Positions 12,301 to 27,300 of a stretch of 63,681 bases of DNA are shown here, in pieces (the first letter of the stretch is position 1; every line of letters starts with the position of its first letter). The DNA is from Carcharhinus longimanus (Eukaryota), in NCBI GenBank assembly GCA_030264375.1, contig JASCQW010000190.1, positions 47,861,503 to 47,925,183 on the forward strand, written 5' to 3'. The position numbers were made by a program, and so were the translations under genes. Below the pieces are notes generated by a model that was not told the DNA's origin, made no database searches, and worked only from the letters and a program-made list of their open reading frames with translations.

Positions 12301-15300
12301 GAGAGTGTTTAAGGTTGAGATTGACAGATTTCTGATTAACAAGAATGGAAAGAGTTGTGGGGTTAATGTTTGATCGTATTAAATAGCAGAGCAGGCTTGA
12401 TGGGCTGAAGGGCCCCTGCTGTTCCTGTGCTCTCTAGTGTTTGGCTCATTGTTTTATCCACACATTTCATGGTTTTGGTGATCTGTTTCAAGTCCCTCCT
12501 CATACTTTTCATGGAGGACACTGAGTTCAGTCACTTGCAGGTTTCTTCATGACTTAAAGGGCAGGAGGCAAGACTGTTTCAGGGTCCTGAAGCTGTTCCT
12601 GGGGCAGGAACAGTCACTGGTTGGGATGTTGGCCAGGGATGGAGACAGGTTTCCTATCCAATTAAAGATGACAGGTGGGCTCTCGATTAAGCTAGAGGGC
12701 CAATCAGAAGGTCAATTCATTTGTACATGTTAATTTGCTCTCACTTGTAGAGTAATGTCCTGCAGATAGACTGCGATCTTTGCTCTGCACCAGTTTGATG
12801 CCTTTGGAGGATTAATGATCAATTCCTGCTCCTTCTTGCTCTTTACCAGTGGGCTCCTGAAAGGGAGCACTCAACTGTGTTCCTGTAGGATCAGGATGAA
12901 ATAGGGCCATTTTATGTTGCCACTTTAATAGCATGTGCATCCCGTGGAGTTGAGTCTAACCAAAGTTTCTTTAGCCTAATTAAGTAGCGCCCTTTTATAC
13001 TGGATCCCATTTATAGTCCTGTTCCTATGTACATCACCTGACCTTTCCTCAAACCTACCTGTCAGATTTCTGCAGATCTACATATTAATGCCTTTCTACA
13101 TTATGCATATTTAGAAACATATAAAAACAATTTTTTGCCTCTTGCTCATATTTCCCGCCCCGCTATGCTACTCCATTAGTGGGATGGAAAAATCCCACCA
13201 TAAAGACAACAGGAAAGAATGCTAGCCCACCCAGACTGTCCCCTGTTCATGATGCCTGGACCATGAATTCTGACATCCCAGAAGCCATATTGTAATCAAG
13301 TATCAAGATATCCTGAGCAAACTGTGGCATATCTGAATTGTTCCAATAAAAGAAAGTGACCCTTTAATTCAGTAAGAAGTCTCACAACACCAGGTTAAAG
13401 TCCAACAAGTTTATTTGATAGTAAACACACAAGCTTTCGGAATGCTGTTCCTTCGTACTCACCTTGGTTGCTTAGCCAATTCAGAGGGCTGTTAAGAGTC
13501 AAGCACATCGCTGGGAATCTGGAGTCACATGTAGGGCATACAGAACATTAATTTTGATCAGGGACATCACTGAACCTGGTGGATTATCATGGACTAGCTT
13601 TCAAATCCAAATTTCATTAATTGACTTTAAATTCCACCAGCTGTCATGGTGGGATTTTAATCTGTGTTCTCGGAGCATTAGCTTGTGTTTCTGGATTACT
13701 AGTCCAGTGACATTACCATAACATCTATGTCTCCCCCTTCAAATAGGCAATTTTCAATGTGTGCAATGAAAAGGAAGTGGCTTACTTTAAAAAAAGCTTG
13801 TCCTTCCTCGAAGACATGTTGTTTTATTATAGATAATTTAATATTGTGACCTGTGAATACAACTCATTTCCCTCATTACAACATTAACTACACTTCAAAG
13901 GTGGTTCATTGGCTGTAAAGTACTTTGGGACATGTTGGCACAGTGGTTAACACTGCTCCCTCACAGCACCAGGAACCTGAGTTCAATTCAGGCCTTGGGC
14001 AATTGTGTGGAGTTTGCATGTTCTCCCAGTGTCTATATGGGTTTCTGTCATGCTCTGGTTTCCTCCCACAGTCCAAAGATATGCAGGTTAGATGGATTGG
14101 CTATGCTAAATTTCCCCTTAGTATCTAAAGGTGTGAAGATTAGGGGGTTTGGCAGGATGAGTGTGGGGTTTACAGGGATTTGGTCTGAGTAAGATGCTCT
14201 GTCAGAGAATCAGTGCAGATGCAATGGGCTGAATTCTTCCTTTTGAAAATTAAGGATTCTGTAGGTTTTCTAAGCACTCAGAGCTCATGAAAATCACCAT
14301 AGAAATGCATATCATTCTTTTCTCAAGCAAACATCTGTAGGAAATAAATTGGCACTGGATTAGGTTTAAACACAAATTTTGTCAACTGATGTCATTAGCT
14401 GCACTTTCAAAAGAAAACTTTATCTTCCAAATATAAAATGTTTAGATCTGTCAGTTTCCTGACCAAAACTTTCCTTGTTGGTAAGAATATTTTAATATCC
14501 GCCATTCATGCAACAGACAGACCATCCTAATACTATAGTTTCTCATTTCTCGTGGTTATTCCCAATGTAAGTAAGAGTACAGGCAGTCAGGAAATCTTGC
14601 CATAAGCTTGGTGTTCTCACTTCTGTTGCTCATTGAAAACGCTAATTGCAGCATGAGGCCGTGGCAGGGTAACTTCACTTTACTTCCTGGCCAGGTTACA
14701 AGAGGCAATGCTTTTCGCCAATCCAGCTGTTGTTAGCAACTGCTCAATTTGAAGCGGGTTATAAAGAACAAAGAACAAAGAAAATTACAGCAGAGGAACA
14801 TGCCCTTCGGCCCTCCAAGCTTGCATTGACCAGGCTGCCTGACTTAACTAAAACCTCCTACGCTTTCGAGGACCATATCCCTCTATCCCCATCTCATTCA
14901 TGTACTTGTCTAGACGCCCCTTAAAAACCACTACTGTATCCACTTCCACTACCTCCCCCGGCAACAAGTTCCAGGCATCCGCCACTCTCTGTGTAAAAAA
15001 CCTGCCTCGTATATCTCTTTAAAACTTGCCTCTCGCACCTTAAGTCTACGCCCCCTAGTAATTGACTCTTCTACCCTGGGAAAAAGCTTCTGACTATCCA
15101 TTCTGTCCATGCCTCTCATAATCTTGTAGACTTCTATCAGGTCTCCCCTCAACNNNNNNNNNNNNNNNNNNNNNNNNNNNNNNNNNNNNNNNNNNNNNNN
15201 NNNNNNNNNNNNNNNNNNNNNNNNNNNNNNNNNNNNNNNNNNNNNNNNNNNNNACAAGCTTTCGGAATGCTGTTCCGTCGTCAGGTGTGTGGAAAGTTCT

Positions 15301-18300
15301 GGTCAGGGAACTTTCCACTCTTCTTATGAAGGAACAGCGTTCCAAAAACTTGTGGGTTTACTATCAAATAAACTTGTTGTACTTAAACCTGGTGTTGTGA
15401 GACTTCTTACTGCATTTACCCCAGTCCAATGCCGGCATCTCCACATCATGACTACCATCGACACCTTTAATTCAGCCCAGCCCCCAGAGCACATTGAAAG
15501 AATGATAAGTGTGTTCTTACCTGACTTCAACCTCCACCACGTTGCTGCACTTATTGAGAGATTCCACCAGATACAGAGCGCCATCGGGTGAGATTCTGTT
15601 GTTGCTAATGCTATGGAACCGGATCAGACAAAACACAGGGTTCAGCAAAATGATGCTGTTTTGCTCCATATAACTAACGAGGAAGAGGAGCTGATACACT
15701 ACACAGCTAATCCAAATCCAAAACTGCAAAAATACAAAGTTAGTATTCTCTGCACCTTCCCTCTGGAAATCCTGCTTGTCGTGCTGGGAGTAATCATTTA
15801 CAGCACTCACTAACGTTAGTTGCAACATTTGGTAAGTAGCTGAACCATTGGCTGGCCTTTCCCACAATGCTGGTTGGGATGATCAGGGAGCAAAAACATT
15901 TGCGTAGATTTTTACTTTCTCTCTGGTGTAAAAATGACATTGCAGATGGCCCGTCCTACTTTCATTTCCATCATCTACAGATTGTGTCCATAATAGATGG
16001 CAGTTACTGTGGGCAGGGCCTACACTGAGCTACATATACAGAGGGCTGGGCCTATGGAAGCAGAGGGCCACAGCAGGCAGCGCCTGGTGCTCACAGTGAG
16101 CAGGGCTTATGATAGCAGTATTTACCATTCGCTTCATCTACAGAAGCACTGGGTTACAGGAAGAAATGGCCTAAAGAGGGCAACTACAGGAAGGCAAGAT
16201 CTAAAGGGGGGCAAGGAGGACACGGACTACTGGAGGTCAGGATCTACAGGAGCACATGGCCCTACAGTATGGCTGGGCTCAGAGGAAGACATGGCCTAAA
16301 GGGGGAGTTGGGCCTACAGGAAGACATAGACTACAGAAGACAGGACCTACAGCGGAAGCAGGAGGATACGGTTTACAGGAGGGCTGGGTTTACAAAGGTC
16401 TGAGCCTACACTGGACTGGGTGGATGGTAAGCAGCATTTACTGTTGGCAGAACTGACAGGGCACAGCATTTACAGAGGAGGGGGGGAATCTACTAAACCA
16501 GTTTTATGTCCGAGAGACAAGCTGAGGATCTGCCTCAGTTTAATCAAAAACAGATTAATTAGAGTTCTACAGTTGACACTGGCTTTAAGGCAATGCTTGG
16601 GAAATAGAACTTCCTTGCCAGTAAAGCATTGAGCACCAATTCGAAAAGAACAAGAGATGTTAATACAGAAACTCAATTAAAGGCAGAATAATCAGCCTTT
16701 ATAGAAATTCAGACTGTTGACCCAGAATTCTCCTTACATCTAAAACTAAGCAGAAAGACTATTTCAGTGATCTTTGTTCCATCATATTTCAATAGAAGGA
16801 ATCTGAATGAGAATCACTCAGACTTGCAGGAGGAAAGGAAAATGGTTTAAAGGGTTTAATCCTTTGTGAAAATATTCTTTATCTTTGGAATTATCTTCAG
16901 CATAATAAATGTAGATACTCACTCGATTAGTTTTAAAACATGCGGCTTTGGTAAGAAATCCCACAAACACTGCAGTTCTTCATCCCCAAGTAAGTTGCAG
17001 GACAGGCTGAAGAATGATGAATAAAACTGACTTTACTTCACATGGAAGGACTACATATTTCACATCAGCATTTAGTTAAGGTATTTTTAATACTTCCTTA
17101 AAGTCTGACTTCCCGGGGTGGGGGGGAGAGGAGGGATTGAGGGCACACTTTTAGATTCAGTGCTGGCATTTTGCCTGGTCACACATGAGCACCAACTGAC
17201 CATCTATTCTGCTCTCTACACCATTTCAATTGGACACACAACCTTTAGATATCGCAAAGAATGTTCATGGTTGCATTTGGTAAGCCAGCACAAAGACACT
17301 CCACATAATGACATTGTTGGGTCCATTCATTCATTTGAAGAGACAAAGGGACAGCACTAGTATGAGTTTTAAAATGGTTTTCTTTTATGGAAAATAATTT
17401 GAAGAATTAACATGGCAAAAACGAAAAAGCAAACTTGGAGACTGGCTTCTCGGCCAGGCGCTTTACAAAAAAGACATGTACTGTAATGAGGGGAATATAA
17501 GAACAGAACTGAACAGAGCTGATCACACACATTCTAAAACCAAAATATATTTTAACCCATATTTTGTTATTAGAAGTGTTTTTCGCATGCTATCTCCAAC
17601 TAAAAAAAATCCTCGCAGCTGCTGTTATGGGAAACTGTTGTTTGTCTGCATTGTTTACTCTTCAGGAATGCAGTTAATTTTCAGCTAATCTATCATGCCT
17701 TCTGATTCCACCTGTAGTCAAGTCAGCTACAATTGTTCAGCTTAGCAGAGTTAGTTAACCCCTACAGTCTAGCATTGAAATGTAATTGCGCAGAGGGAGA
17801 AATATTTTAAAATGAAGTCTTTGCATAGACTGAAGCAAACAGGGAACGCATACGCAGGACCCCTCAGACAGACAAGCATTCAAATGGGTGCTGACGAGGA
17901 TACGCTGGGCCAATCTAACATTGTGCTACGGGTATTCAGACAGAGTTCTGGTTAAGACTTTTTAAATTCATTCATAGGCTTCACTGGTTGGCCAGCACTT
18001 GTTGCTCATCCCTAGTTGCCCTTGGAGGGCAGTTGAGAGTCAACCCACATTGTTGTGGCTTTGGAGTCGCATGTAGGCCAGATCAGGTAAGGACAACAGA
18101 TTTCCTCCCTTAAAGGACATTAATGAACCAGATGGGTTTTTCCGACATACGGCAATGGTTTCACGGTCATCAGTAGATTTTTAATTCCAGTATTTTTTAC
18201 TGAATTCATTGTACTTACTCTAGCTCAGTCAGGTCTTTGCAGTGTTCGAGAATCTTGAACAGTTTTTCCATACTCCTTTTGGTCAGGTTACACTCCTTCA

Positions 18301-21300
18301 GTCTTTGAAAACAAGAGATAATGTTCATTTTTCTGCATTAAGAATTAAATCACAACCCCGATAGGACAAAGCAAGGGATTACCTGAGAATCTGTGAGCGA
18401 GGAGGTTCTGGTTCCTTCCCATTTCCTTTGCGTCTGCAAAAGAAAGGGAGAGTGTTAACAGGAGAACAAAGGACCTCACACAAATAGTGTTTTTACCAAT
18501 ACTGTAACAGTGCAATCTCACCCTACAAAACACCAAGGGTAGAAATTCAGAACAGGTATCAGCAAGTCCTCCATCGCAAGCATACTTTTAATATCAGCTC
18601 CAGACCAGGGCTGTTGTGGACAAGCAACTGGTAAAATACTTGTACTGGTTGGGTCATCTTTTCCCTTGGTCTCTATTGTATTCTAACACCACACTGACTG
18701 CAATGGAAATGTCAGCAAAGTGGAGGCGGCAGTGGGAGACCAGAGCTTTTAAAGACAAATGGCATTGCTGCCAAAGCTGGCTATTTAACTCTGCAAAGGT
18801 ATGGCCCCAGCCATCCTTAGATACCATGGAAAAACACGCTCATGTGTGAAGACACGGAATCGTTTCAGCTGACAGGCAACACGGAACAGGAATATGATAC
18901 AACAACTTATATTCATAATGAAACATCGTTCATCACTCAAGAAACAAAGTATGACACCAAAAGGGCAGAATGAGACAATGGGTGGATTTTCCGGTTGTGC
19001 CGCCAACAGGATCTCAGTGGTGGAGAGTGTGAGAAATGGGAAACCCCATTGACAGTGGCGGGATCAGGAGATCACTCCATTTCAGGGGTGGAGGATCCTG
19101 CCTATTGGATTAATGACCAAAAAGCTTGGTCAAAGAGGTAGGGTTTGAGAAGTGCCTTAAACCATGGAAACAAAATGGACACATGGAGAGCCGTAGGGAG
19201 GAAATTCCAGAGTTTGGGGCGAAGTGTAGAAACAGGAAAATACTGGAAAAGACATTCACCTGCAATCTTTCTTCATGAGGATTATTGAAGCTCGGCCACT
19301 TGCTCTGTAACAGAAAATAAGCGAACATGTTAAGGTCTGGTTTCGCTCTGTTGTATGCATAGGGAGTGCTCTGTCACTGTAGGGCTTGGTGAGGGGTGGG
19401 TGGAATATTAAGAAGGGGACTCATGTTTCACCACTGGGTGGCTGGCCCTGAAATCGCACAAGATTCAGACCCTCCCCACCCATACTGAGCTGTTTCTCCA
19501 GAATTTCTACTACCAGTCAGCTGCTGGAGTTACCATGGGAGATCACTGGGAGCACAGCGGAATTCCTGATCTTTTCTTTATAAGCCGGCCCCTTACACAA
19601 TTGCAACGAACAGTGATCAGAACAGTTCCTGTCACTGGCTTGTATTTAGCGGGGTGAGGAAAAAACCCTTTATTGAGCAATCTGGCTCATCACAAAAGAT
19701 TTCTTCCTCCATTTCTGACTGCTTAATGAAGCAGAGAGCAATTAGGAGCTAATGCAAACTAATTGCTTTCCTTGCATTGGTTCAAGGTCAGGTTGTTTGC
19801 TCATTTGGGATGTGTGCCTGACTGAGGTTGACACTTGTGATCTTGCAAGAGGTCGTCATTATTGTAGAGAACATGGGGCAGAGGTTTAACTCAGCAAAGA
19901 ATCTGGCATCATCGTGCACGCCATAAAATCAGACACTAAAACATGAGGTCTGCCCTATTCTTATAGCTCAGGGGAATTTTAGACATCCCATGGCACGTGA
20001 CTAAAAGGAAAGGAGGGAGCTCCCAATTGTTTGGATGAATAATTATCCCTCAACTTCACCACTAAAGATAGAGCAATTGCCCATTTATCTCATTTCCTCT
20101 TTGTGATATTTTACAAGGCACATCCTTCCTCAAGTTGCTAAGATAACAACGGTACCTCAAACAATCATGTTCCCACAAAATGACTCGAGAGGGTTCTGAG
20201 GACTGATAATCGATCAGAACTATATCAGGATTGGGCATTCTCTCAGTGACCCTACTCTGACCTCTACAAGAGCCAGGCTGATGAAGATATTCACAGTCGT
20301 GCTGCTGAAGATTTTATTTTGAAAAATACGTTTTCACTCCCTTTAATTTCCAGGTGCAATTCTTCTTTTCTTTGCCTATTGGCACATGAGGCAGACATGC
20401 AGGTGCTTATGTCTGTTTCCATAGTTTTTTCTGGAACAGGTTGCTAGTCTGAGATGATAATTTGAGGGGAGGGGGTGCCACTCCACATGGCTGACCAGGA
20501 GAGTCTCTCGCCCTTGTCATCTGCCGGAAAATTCGGGAACAGTCGGCAGGTAGTGGAAAGCTGGCAAATTATCTCCATGACTCAATTCTCACTCCTCTTC
20601 ATGCTGAAGCACCCCCAATATTTCAATGCAAGATTTCTCTGCACTTACCTCACTTCTACTTCCAGAATATTTTCACACACATTCAGAGAATGGGCCAGCA
20701 AAAGAATAGCGTCTGGTGAGATTACGTTATCTGTGATGCTAGGAAGTGGGAGGGATAGAAAAAGGCAAAATCAACAATTGAATTTTTCTAGGGTGAACAT
20801 AAAGCAGCTTAGTTGGTAAAAGAGGCACACTTCTACATGCTGCCCTACCGCCAATTGGCTAAGAACATCTCAAAACCTTTCAGTCGGAGTAAGGTCGTCT
20901 ACTGCCAAGTATTTTGTTAACAGTGATGCCACGTTATAGTATATAGTTATGTCATACTGTAGATATCAAAGCAAAGAAAACAATTACAAATACCAACAAT
21001 AAAATATCATGAAACTAAATCAGACCAAAATCTGAAATTCCCCACTAATATACAGATAGAATGTTAAGGTATACATTCAAACTCTCCCTTCCTCTTCCCG
21101 CCTTTCCCAAGTTACACAGGGTTGCCGCAGTGCTGCTTGGTTATTCCTTCATATCAACCATATTTTTTTAAAGATTTTGGTAGGTGATTTAAATGCCATT
21201 CCCGCCGCTATCCCTCCCTGTTTAACCAGTCTGGAAATCAGCGCCAATACATGCTGGCTTGTCTGTATTAGTGGCCAGGCTTTCATATTGCCAATGTATC

Positions 21301-24300
21301 CTGGGTGTGGACTTGTACATGGGACCTTGTAAAGAGGGAGGAAAGTTGCCCACTAAAACACTCCAGTAAGTTGCAGATTCACATGATGAAAATCCTAGCA
21401 TAGTTTTATGGACAAGTGTGGTTCCTCAAGAGGGAAGTCTCCAACTGATTGAGTGTGGGTTCATCAATTACAGGATTTCTTGTTGAGGATAATAAATCAC
21501 AGTTCTGAAGAGGTAGTGAATGAATTACTTCAAAATCTTCAAGTCATGTAGGCCTGGTAGATGATTCAGTAGTTCTGTAATAACTTCATCATTCAGTGCA
21601 TTATTTGACAAGCTGTAAATGGAAAGAATACGTAAGAACATAAGAACATAAGAAATAGGAGCAGGAGTAGGCCATCTAGCCCTTCGAGCCTGCCCCACCA
21701 TTCAATAANNNNNNNNNNNNNNNNNNNNNNNNNNNNNNNNNNNNNNNNNNNNNNNNNNNNNNNNNNNNNNNNNNNNNNNNNNNNNNNNNNNNNNNNNNNN
21801 NNNNNNNNCTCCAGCTGCGGCCTCACCAGTGCCCTGTACAGTTGCAGCAAGACCTCCCTGCTTTTATATTCTATCCCCCTCACTACAGGTCAATACAGGT
21901 CAAACCACAGCAGTAGTTCACCAAGACGTGTTCTTCAAAGAATTCTAAAAACGTACTTGCAAGTCTAAGTGCATCATAATACAGAAGTTTAACTGGAGCA
22001 AATTAACTTTAGTGGTAACCAAAGAGAAATAGCATCATTGGTCACTTTTACCTGGCTACTCTCAGATTTTCTGCTAAAGCCCAATAGATATAGAGTACTC
22101 CCATTGAAATTCCAGACTACTGACTCTAAGAATATAACAATGTAGGGAGCTGTCCCATATCCAGTAATTATTGTGTTTGTGGAATGCTGTTAGTCTGCTG
22201 TTATACTACATCTACCAGTTTTACAGCCAAAGTTTAGGATAGACACCAGAACACCAAAGGAATATTGGAAGCAGCATACTCCTCTGCCATATGAAACTCC
22301 TTGCATGGATATTTGCAGAGAGATTTATGCCTCAGCCAATGTATTTTTGATGTTTCAATAGACAGCTGAGAGCACCAACATACCCCAATTGTTGAAAAAG
22401 GTTGTGCAGTAAATCTACAAAATAATCAGGTTCTCAAAATGACTGCCTGAATATCTTAAATAATAATGTCTAGTGCAAAGCCAAGGAAGCAGTGCCGCCC
22501 AGTAACTGGTGGAAATTTAATTCCATGACCAACATTGCACTCCAAAGATTACCAGTCTAATTCCAAAGTGATGTTTTAGGATGTGCACTGATGTTTTCTT
22601 CCATAAGAGAAAACATCACGTAACTGATGTTTTCTTTCCATAAGACAGTCAGTCACATTGGTGGACTGTTATTATTGGGAAAAGGCAGGAGATTGTGGGA
22701 GGAGGTGATGCAACCCTTAGGTACTTCACTCAGGTGGCCTTTGACCTTTGCAGCACATTGTCCTTAAGGTTTTAAAACTGCGTTCCTTAACTAATCTGTT
22801 AGGCCAAGCTTTTTTCAAACTCATCTTCTGATACAAGTCACCAGCTAGCCTCAATATGCCTCTTCTCATATTGCTCATTCACTTTTCCCAAATACAACAC
22901 TTCATCAGTGAGCTAGAGTCACTGGCAAATTGTTTAAAAAGAAATGTTCGACTTTGGGTCCCTTTATCCGACAGCTTTTCGCTAGCCCATCTTCATCCCC
23001 ATCTTGTACTCACTCAAGCTCTGTAAGTCCAGGACACTCTTCAAGTATCAAGCAGAGGCTCCCCATGGTTTTAACATCCATTTCACACTCTTCAAGACTG
23101 TAACACAAAAGCACCATATTCCATTGGAAGATGAAGCATTAAAGACGCCACACGCAAAAAACTCAAACTTCTGGAACGATCTATAAGCATTGTTTGTAGA
23201 CCTGATTTAAATTAGCCATTTCTAATTTACTTAAAATAGCTCAAAAAGACTGTGCAATTAAATTCTATTTTTTTCTAACAATATTTTCGTACCGAATTTT
23301 CTTTGGCACACACAAATCCTCTGTCCCATACTTAGCTCCAAATGACAAGATTTCCAATGATTCTTTGAAGCCTTGCTCCTGTTGAAATCTGAAATTGAAA
23401 CATAAAGTGATGTGAAGGAACAGGAAACATGTTGGGGGGCAGGGGGCGGGGATACCCAGGGGAGGGAGGAAAAAGTAAGTGATTTGGGCCATTTCATGGT
23501 TGGCCATTCATTACAAATTCCCCATCTTATTAATAAACTCTTATTAATCATCTATCAGAATGAAGCTTGTGAGCATCTGAATGTTCTACTTTGACCCAGT
23601 TATTTTATGATCATGAGGTAAATTTTCCAATCCACCGTGAGAATTGTAGTGGGGGGGAACGGAAAGTTTGGCAGAACATTTAAAGGTCTGTTGATCTCAG
23701 GCAGGTATTTCTGGTTTTGGGGCAGGTGCGACTGGAAAATCCTGCCCCATATTTGGCCATGTTAAATCAAGTGAGTGGCCTAGCCACCACCTACCCACCC
23801 ATCCCTGACTCCACCACAATTTGAGCAGCAGTGGCGGAGCAGTCAGGCGGTCCACCTACTGGCGGGTCAATTGAGTCCCTTAATTGGGCAATTAATGCCC
23901 ACTTTAGGGCTTCATCCCTTATTCTCACTGAAACGACGGAGGTTGAGATTGAGCAGCGACCTGAAGTCTACAAGATTATGAGGGGCATGGACAGAACAGA
24001 TAGTCAGAAGTTTTTTCCCAGGGTGGAAGAGTCAATTACTAGGGGGCATAACTTTAAGGTGCAAAGAGCAAGGTTTAAAGGAGATGTACAAGGCAAGTTT
24101 TTTTTCACAGTGGATGGTGGGTGCCTGGAACTTGCTGCCAGGGAAGGTAGTGGAAGCAGATAGAATAGTGAGTTTTAAGGGGCGTCTAAACAAATATATG
24201 AATAGGATGGGAATGCAGGGATATGGTCACCAGAAGGGTAGGGGGTTTTAGTTCACACAGTCAGTATGGTTACTGCAGGCTTGGAGGGCCGAAGGGCCTG

Positions 24301-27300
24301 TTCCTGTGCTGTAATTTTCTTTGTTCTTTGTTCAATCACTTGTACACGGTAGAAAACCCTGTAAGAACCTCCCCAAAGGGTAGAAATCATCCTTCCAGGA
24401 CATGAAATGGCTGTGGAGCAGCCATTCCTACCCTGAGTGAGCTCCACCCCTGACCTTTCAGTCAGGGCACAGGGACACAGTGCCCTGTATAGCTCAGCCC
24501 ATGGTGACTAGGGAGCTAACTGTAAGATTGGATTTCATGTTTTTTCTGTAAATTAGTCCATAAACCCAAGGTGTTTAATAGTTAAAGAAATAGCATCCAA
24601 TTTATGGGAGGACTAGAAAACAGCAATAATAACCTGTATTTACATAAAGCAGCTTTAGTATAACAAAAAAGGCACTTCATGTGCGCATTATTGAGCAAAA
24701 TTAAATACCAAGCTGCACGAGGAGACATTAGTGCAGATAATGGCATAGTGATTAACACTGTTGCCTCACAGCGCAGGTACCCAGGTTCAATACCAGCCTT
24801 CACTGTGTGTGTAGAGTTTGCACGTTCTCCCCATGTCTGCTTGGGTTTCTCCTGGGTGCTCAGGTTTCCTCCCAAGGTCCAAAGCTATGCGGTTTCAGTG
24901 GGTTGGCCATGGTAAATTGCCCATTCGTGTCAGGGGGACTAGCTAGGATAAATGCATGGGTTATGGGGACAGGGCCTGGATGGGATTGTGGTCGATGCAG
25001 ACTCGATGGGCCAAATGGCCTCCTTCTGCACTGCAGAATTCTATGGTATAATCTATGATTGAACCTGAAATTTGATCAAAAAGAGGTAGACATTAAAGCG
25101 GTTCTTGAATGTGGAAAGAAAGGGCAGTGAGGCAGAGAGATCTGAAGGGGAATTCCAGAGCGTAGAGCCTTCAAAACTGAAGGCATAGCTACCAACGGAG
25201 ACACAATTCATTTCTCATAAGAGAAATATTGTATGGAGTTTTAAATTCCTTGTTAGAGTTGTGATGGNNNNNNNNNNNNNNNNNNNNNNNNNNNNNNNNN
25301 NNNNNNNAATCTTTATTTGCATTTAAATCTTCAAGCAACTTGTGTTGTGGAAAATGTACCCCTCTGGCTGCTTGCTGGCCTTGCAAAATCAGCAGCATTA
25401 TAAGAAATTGCAGCATTTGCACATTAATTCCAGATTAAGCTCGTTGCAGAGAGTTTGGCCTTGTATTTAACAGCATAAAGAACTTCCTGATGGTAAGGTT
25501 TATGTTTCCATAACGCTACACAGCCTCTCCAACCCAAAAAGGAATCATTTTGAACTGTGGATCCTCCTTCCTATAGGTGGTAAATTATTCTTACAAGTAT
25601 TTAAGTTTTTGTTGAAGTATCTTTTTAACTTTCCTTTTCTTTCTCCTTCTTCTTTCAACCTTTCTTTCCCTCTCTTCAGTCAGAATTCTCTGGCCATTCA
25701 CGCTGACAGGATTCTCTGGATCCACTGGTGGTGCACCTCATGATGTGGGTTTCCTGGCGACATGGGGTTGGTTCAGCGGGAATTCCAGGCACCAGAGGAT
25801 TGAACTGCCAGTGAATGGCACACCACCTCCCGATGCTGAGCAAATCGCTGAGGGGAGGCCAAAGAATCTCACCCTTTATTTCTCTCTGTCAATGATGCGA
25901 CTGTAATTATTCAGAATTTGATCACTGCCAGTCCATTCCCAATCATTAAATCTCATTGGCTAAGGAGATACACTGTTGATTTAGTCATCAACCAAGGTCC
26001 TACCCACCCCATTCCAGAAAATTCCAGCCACTGACTTTATTCACAATACAACTGAAGAGCAAATTCCCTCCAAAATAGTGACCCTCATCTTTCTTGTTTA
26101 CCATCTAAAATTTAAAACATCCACTGAATATTATTACTACCTCATTTTCCCTAACAGTGACCCAACTCTGGATGAGGTATGGGGACTGTACTTACAGTGC
26201 ATCTAGGTCTGTAACATAACTAACAAATGGAGCAAAGGCTGCAGAGAGCGGAAGCTCCATAAAGAGGAGAGGCATGGAACACTCGTCCTGACCCACCCCG
26301 GCTTATCCAAGGACACTTTACCAATCTACACCTAAACTAGCAGCAGAGTGTGAGGTCACTCTGACTCAACAAGGAGCTGCTTACAGAGTTGTATCATCGC
26401 CTTCAACACAGCCTGGAGTCTCTCACCAGGGAGGTCAGTGGCTGATAAGGTCAGTTTCATTGAGCTTCCTAGAAAAAAATCCAGACAGGAACGGGTGACA
26501 TATTCCCAGGAAACTGTGCAGCGATGTACCCACTCAACTACTGACAGCCTGTAAGCTGGGTGAGGTGAATAGACGATTTTCTCCCTCAGCAGGGAAAAGC
26601 AGGATGAGGGATCCCATGATGCTCCTAGGATAGCGGGATTCCCGATAGTCTACATGGTCCGCATCTCAATGGGGAGAGGTCCAGGAACTAAATGAGCTCT
26701 CAATCTACCAATGCACAGTTACTGCACGGCATGGTGGCACAGTGGTTAGCACTGCTGCTTTACAGTGCCAGGGGCTCAGGTTCAATTCCAGTCTTGGGTC
26801 ACTGAGTGTGTGGAACTTGTACTTCTCCCTGCGTCTGCGTGGATTTCCTCCAGGTGCTCTGGTCTCCTCCACATTCCAAAGCTGTGCAGGTTACGTGAAT
26901 TAGTTGTGCTAAATTGACCCTTAATGTCAAAGGGATTAGCAGGGTAAATAAGTGTGGTTACAGGCAGGGCCTGGGTGGGATTGTTGTCTATGTGGTCTCA
27001 ATGGGCTGAATGGCCTCCTTCTGCACTGTAGAGATTCTATGATTCATGTACAATACATTCATGTTGGTGAATGCCCACTATCCTGGCAGAAGTCTTGATA
27101 CCTTCATTCTGGTGCAGTCAGCTATTGCCACTGTTTTCAGACCTCCAGGAAGAACCAGAGGATGGCTTCTAAGAGATGAATGGTGCTCCCTCGATACAGG
27201 CTCAAACCGCCACTTTCTCACCACTGCCCACTGCCAATCAATCAGGTGAAAATAACAATGTGTGTATCGAGAGCAAAAGCGCCACCAGGAATATTGTGGA

